A DNA stretch of 64,000 nucleotides, taken from the NCBI GenBank assembly GCA_963726745.1, contig CAVSDR010000003.1:1116078-1180077 (forward strand), written 5' to 3'. This document shows, in pieces, positions 62,042 through 64,000 of the stretch; positions within the stretch are counted from its first letter, which is position 1, and each line of letters opens with the position of its first letter. Below the pieces are notes generated by a model that was given only the letters and a program-made list of their open reading frames with translations, did no database searches and had not been told where the DNA came from. A program made the position numbers and the translations under genes. Source of the stretch: an uncultured Verrucomicrobiae bacterium (GTDB lineage: Bacteria > Verrucomicrobiota > Verrucomicrobiia > Chthoniobacterales > UBA10450).

Positions 62042-62755
62042 ATGGAGCCGACCGATACCCCCGCTGCCCACACCGCGCAGCCCGCGATTGCCAGCGAGCT
62101 GAATAATCTTTTGCAGATCATCGCTGGCACCAGCTCGCTCATCGAAAACATCTGGGAAGGCAAGCCGGGTGCGGCCCGCTATTTCGAGATGTTGCGCGAG
62201 AGCATCGCCCGCGCGGCCGACGTCACCACCGACCTGATGGCGCTGTCTAGTTCCGTCCATTCCGTCGGCACCAAGATCGTCCTCCACCCCGCCTGGGCCC
62301 GTCGCCAGGAGGAAAAGGCCGCCCAGCCCCCTTCCGTGGCGAAGCAGCGAATCATGCTCGTGGACGACGAGAAAATGCTGCTCGTGGTCAACGGCGAGAT
62401 CCTCCGCGAGGCCGGTTACGAAGTCGTGACGGCACAGTCCGGCTTCGAGTGTCTTGATCTCTTCCGCGCCGGCGGCGCCCGGTTCGATCTCGTCTTGCTC
62501 GACTTGAACATGCCGCTGATGGACGGCGAAGAAACCTTCCATCGCCTGCGCGAGCTGAAGCCGGACCTGCGCGTCATGCTTTGCACCGGCTACGTCCACC
62601 AGGAACGGCTCACCCATATGATGGACGCCGGCCTTTCCGGCTTCATGCAAAAGCCCCTCGGCTCGCAGCAGTATCTCGAGCGCATCCGCGACGTCCTCGC
62701 GCGCAACATCTTTACCTACGGTTGCGCTGCGGCGCGCAGCCTCACCGCGGTTTAG
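62042..62755 (+). CDS. Response regulator with degenerate HisKA-like N-terminus
   Basis: IASELNNLLQIIAG; IMLVDDE, LLDLNMPLMDG, CTGY, QKP. Confidence 0.88.
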   Translation: MEPTDTPAAHTAQPAIASELNNLLQIIAGTSSLIENIWEGKPGAARYFEMLRESIARAADVTTDLMALSSSVHSVGTKIVLHPAWARRQEEKAAQPPSVAKQRIMLVDDEKMLLVVNGEILREAGYEVVTAQSGFECLDLFRAGGARFDLVLLDLNMPLMDGEETFHRLRELKPDLRVMLCTGYVHQERLTHMMDAGLSGFMQKPLGSQQYLERIRDVLARNIFTYGCAAARSLTAV

Positions 62756-62766
62756 CCGGCATTCTC

Positions 62767-63903
62767 ATGCTCAACGCGCTGCCTAACGACTGCTTCGATG
62801 CCTTTGCGGCCAACCGGCTCTTTGAAGGCATCCGCCCGGAGCTGCTCGCCCCGGTCGCGCACGAGCTTCATGTCGTCCGCCTGAATGAGGGCGAAGTCAT
62901 TTTTCGCGAAGGCGATCCCGGCGATTCACTTTATCTCGTCGGCCAGGGCTCGGTGCAAATCTCAAAGCGCGGCCGCGGCGGCAACCAGGAAACGCTCGCC
63001 TTCATTCAATCCGGCAATTTCTTCGGCGAAATGGCGCTGCTCGATGGCCAACCGCGCTCCGCCATGGCCACCGCCGTCGGCTCGACCATTCTCGGCACGG
63101 TCACCGAGGAAACTTTCCAGCATATTCTCGAGCTCGCGCCCAATCGCTTGCACATGAATTTCCTCCGCTCGGTCTCCGAGCGGCTTCGCCAGGTGAACTC
63201 GCACTTCATCACTGAGGTCATGCGCTCCGAGCGGCTCAGCCTCGTCGGCTCGATGGCAAACTCGATCATCCACGACCTGAAGAATCCGATCTGCATCGTC
63301 CGTTGCTGCGCCGATCTCATCGCCAGCCAGACCACCGATCCGCGGATGCACGACCTCACTTCCATGCTCGGCAAAGCGGTCGACGGGATGACCTCGATGA
63401 CCCAGGAACTGCTCGACTACGCCCGCGGTTCCACCTCCCTGCACAAGGAACGCGTCTCCCTCTGGCGCCTGATGGACGAACTGAATCAGCAAGCGCTGCA
63501 GCTATTGCCCGGGCAAAACATCCAGTTCGTGAAGCACCTGCGTTACGACGGCGATCTCGAGATCGACCTTGCCCGCTTCACGCGCGTGCTCTGCAATCTG
63601 ATCAAAAACGCCCGCGAAGCCATGCCCGGCGGCGGCATTCTCAATCTCGCCACCGAATTGCGCGACGGGCAGGTAAGCCTCACTCTCTCCGACACCGGCT
63701 GCGGCATTCCCGCAGACATCCTGCCGAAACTCTTCGAGCCTTTCGTGACCCACGGAAAGTCACATGGCACCGGCCTCGGCATGGCCATCGCAAAATCCAT
63801 CGTCGAAGCGCATGATGGCACCATCGCCGTCCGCAGCACTGTCGGCACCGGCACCACCGTCGAGATCCGCCTGCCCGCCGCCGCGGCTCCGGTCAGCGCC
63901 TAG
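62767..63903 (+). CDS. cNMP-binding-domain histidine kinase (soluble)
   Basis: FFGEMALLDGQPRSA, IIHDLKNP, NLIKNAREA, DTGCGI, FEPFVT, GTGLG. Confidence 0.93.
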   Translation: MLNALPNDCFDAFAANRLFEGIRPELLAPVAHELHVVRLNEGEVIFREGDPGDSLYLVGQGSVQISKRGRGGNQETLAFIQSGNFFGEMALLDGQPRSAMATAVGSTILGTVTEETFQHILELAPNRLHMNFLRSVSERLRQVNSHFITEVMRSERLSLVGSMANSIIHDLKNPICIVRCCADLIASQTTDPRMHDLTSMLGKAVDGMTSMTQELLDYARGSTSLHKERVSLWRLMDELNQQALQLLPGQNIQFVKHLRYDGDLEIDLARFTRVLCNLIKNAREAMPGGGILNLATELRDGQVSLTLSDTGCGIPADILPKLFEPFVTHGKSHGTGLGMAIAKSIVEAHDGTIAVRSTVGTGTTVEIRLPAAAAPVSA

Positions 63904-63910
63904 CGCGCGG

Positions 63911-63934
63911 CCGCAAATGCGGATTTGCGGTTTC
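63911..63934 (+). terminator. Possible terminator hairpin
   Basis: CCGCAAAT-GCGG-ATTTGCGG-TTT immediately after the kinase stop. Confidence 0.5.
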
Positions 63935-64000
63935 GCCCCGCGCCGTCGAAAATCCGAAATCCACCAGCGGAAATACCCCGTGGTGTAACGGTAACACAGC

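Noticed and set aside
3678..62789. TCGTTAGNC as a Chi or KOPS site
   Set aside because: Near-equal orientation (14 plus, 12 minus) with no switch point, whereas these signals are replichore-polarised

Overview
GC-rich bacterial chromosomal window, most likely Verrucomicrobiota (Chthoniobacterales/Spartobacteria-like; inferred from lineage-typical 'NIATRG/NISTR' C-terminal domains and gene content). Most of it is housekeeping: pyrC, ABC-F, prolyl oligopeptidase, kbl/tdh, cdsA-dxr-rseP-ispG, a lipid A/glycan modification trio, gap-pgk-tpiA, aguA, a Ski2-like helicase and sufCBD. About a dozen single-base frameshifts, several in normally essential genes, are best read as sequencing or assembly errors. 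No CRISPR array, tRNA, rRNA or transposase was seen. The main observations are: (1) two paralogous ~80-nt structured RNA genes, each with a sigma54 -24/-12 promoter and a GNRA-capped intrinsic terminator (871-976, 2602-2708); (2) a highly iterated, orientation- and frame-independent motif TCGTTAGNC (core TTAGNC) across the whole window, 26 full copies counted by eye; (3) a 13.4-kb candidate trans-envelope cyclic-nucleotide signalling locus (CHASE2 adenylate cyclase, OM beta-barrel, two FecR-domain/Pro-Thr/beta-helix proteins of different length, a cNMP-binding histidine kinase with a kinase-less paralogue, and a His-less HisKA-REC protein); (4) a shared GTNAC-N6-GTNAC operator linking a cupredoxin-kinase-barrel-regulator operon to a secreted protein; (5) a WYL regulator flanked by a palindromic operator and two small ORFs. 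All counts were made by eye and all family calls are motif recognition, not database searches.
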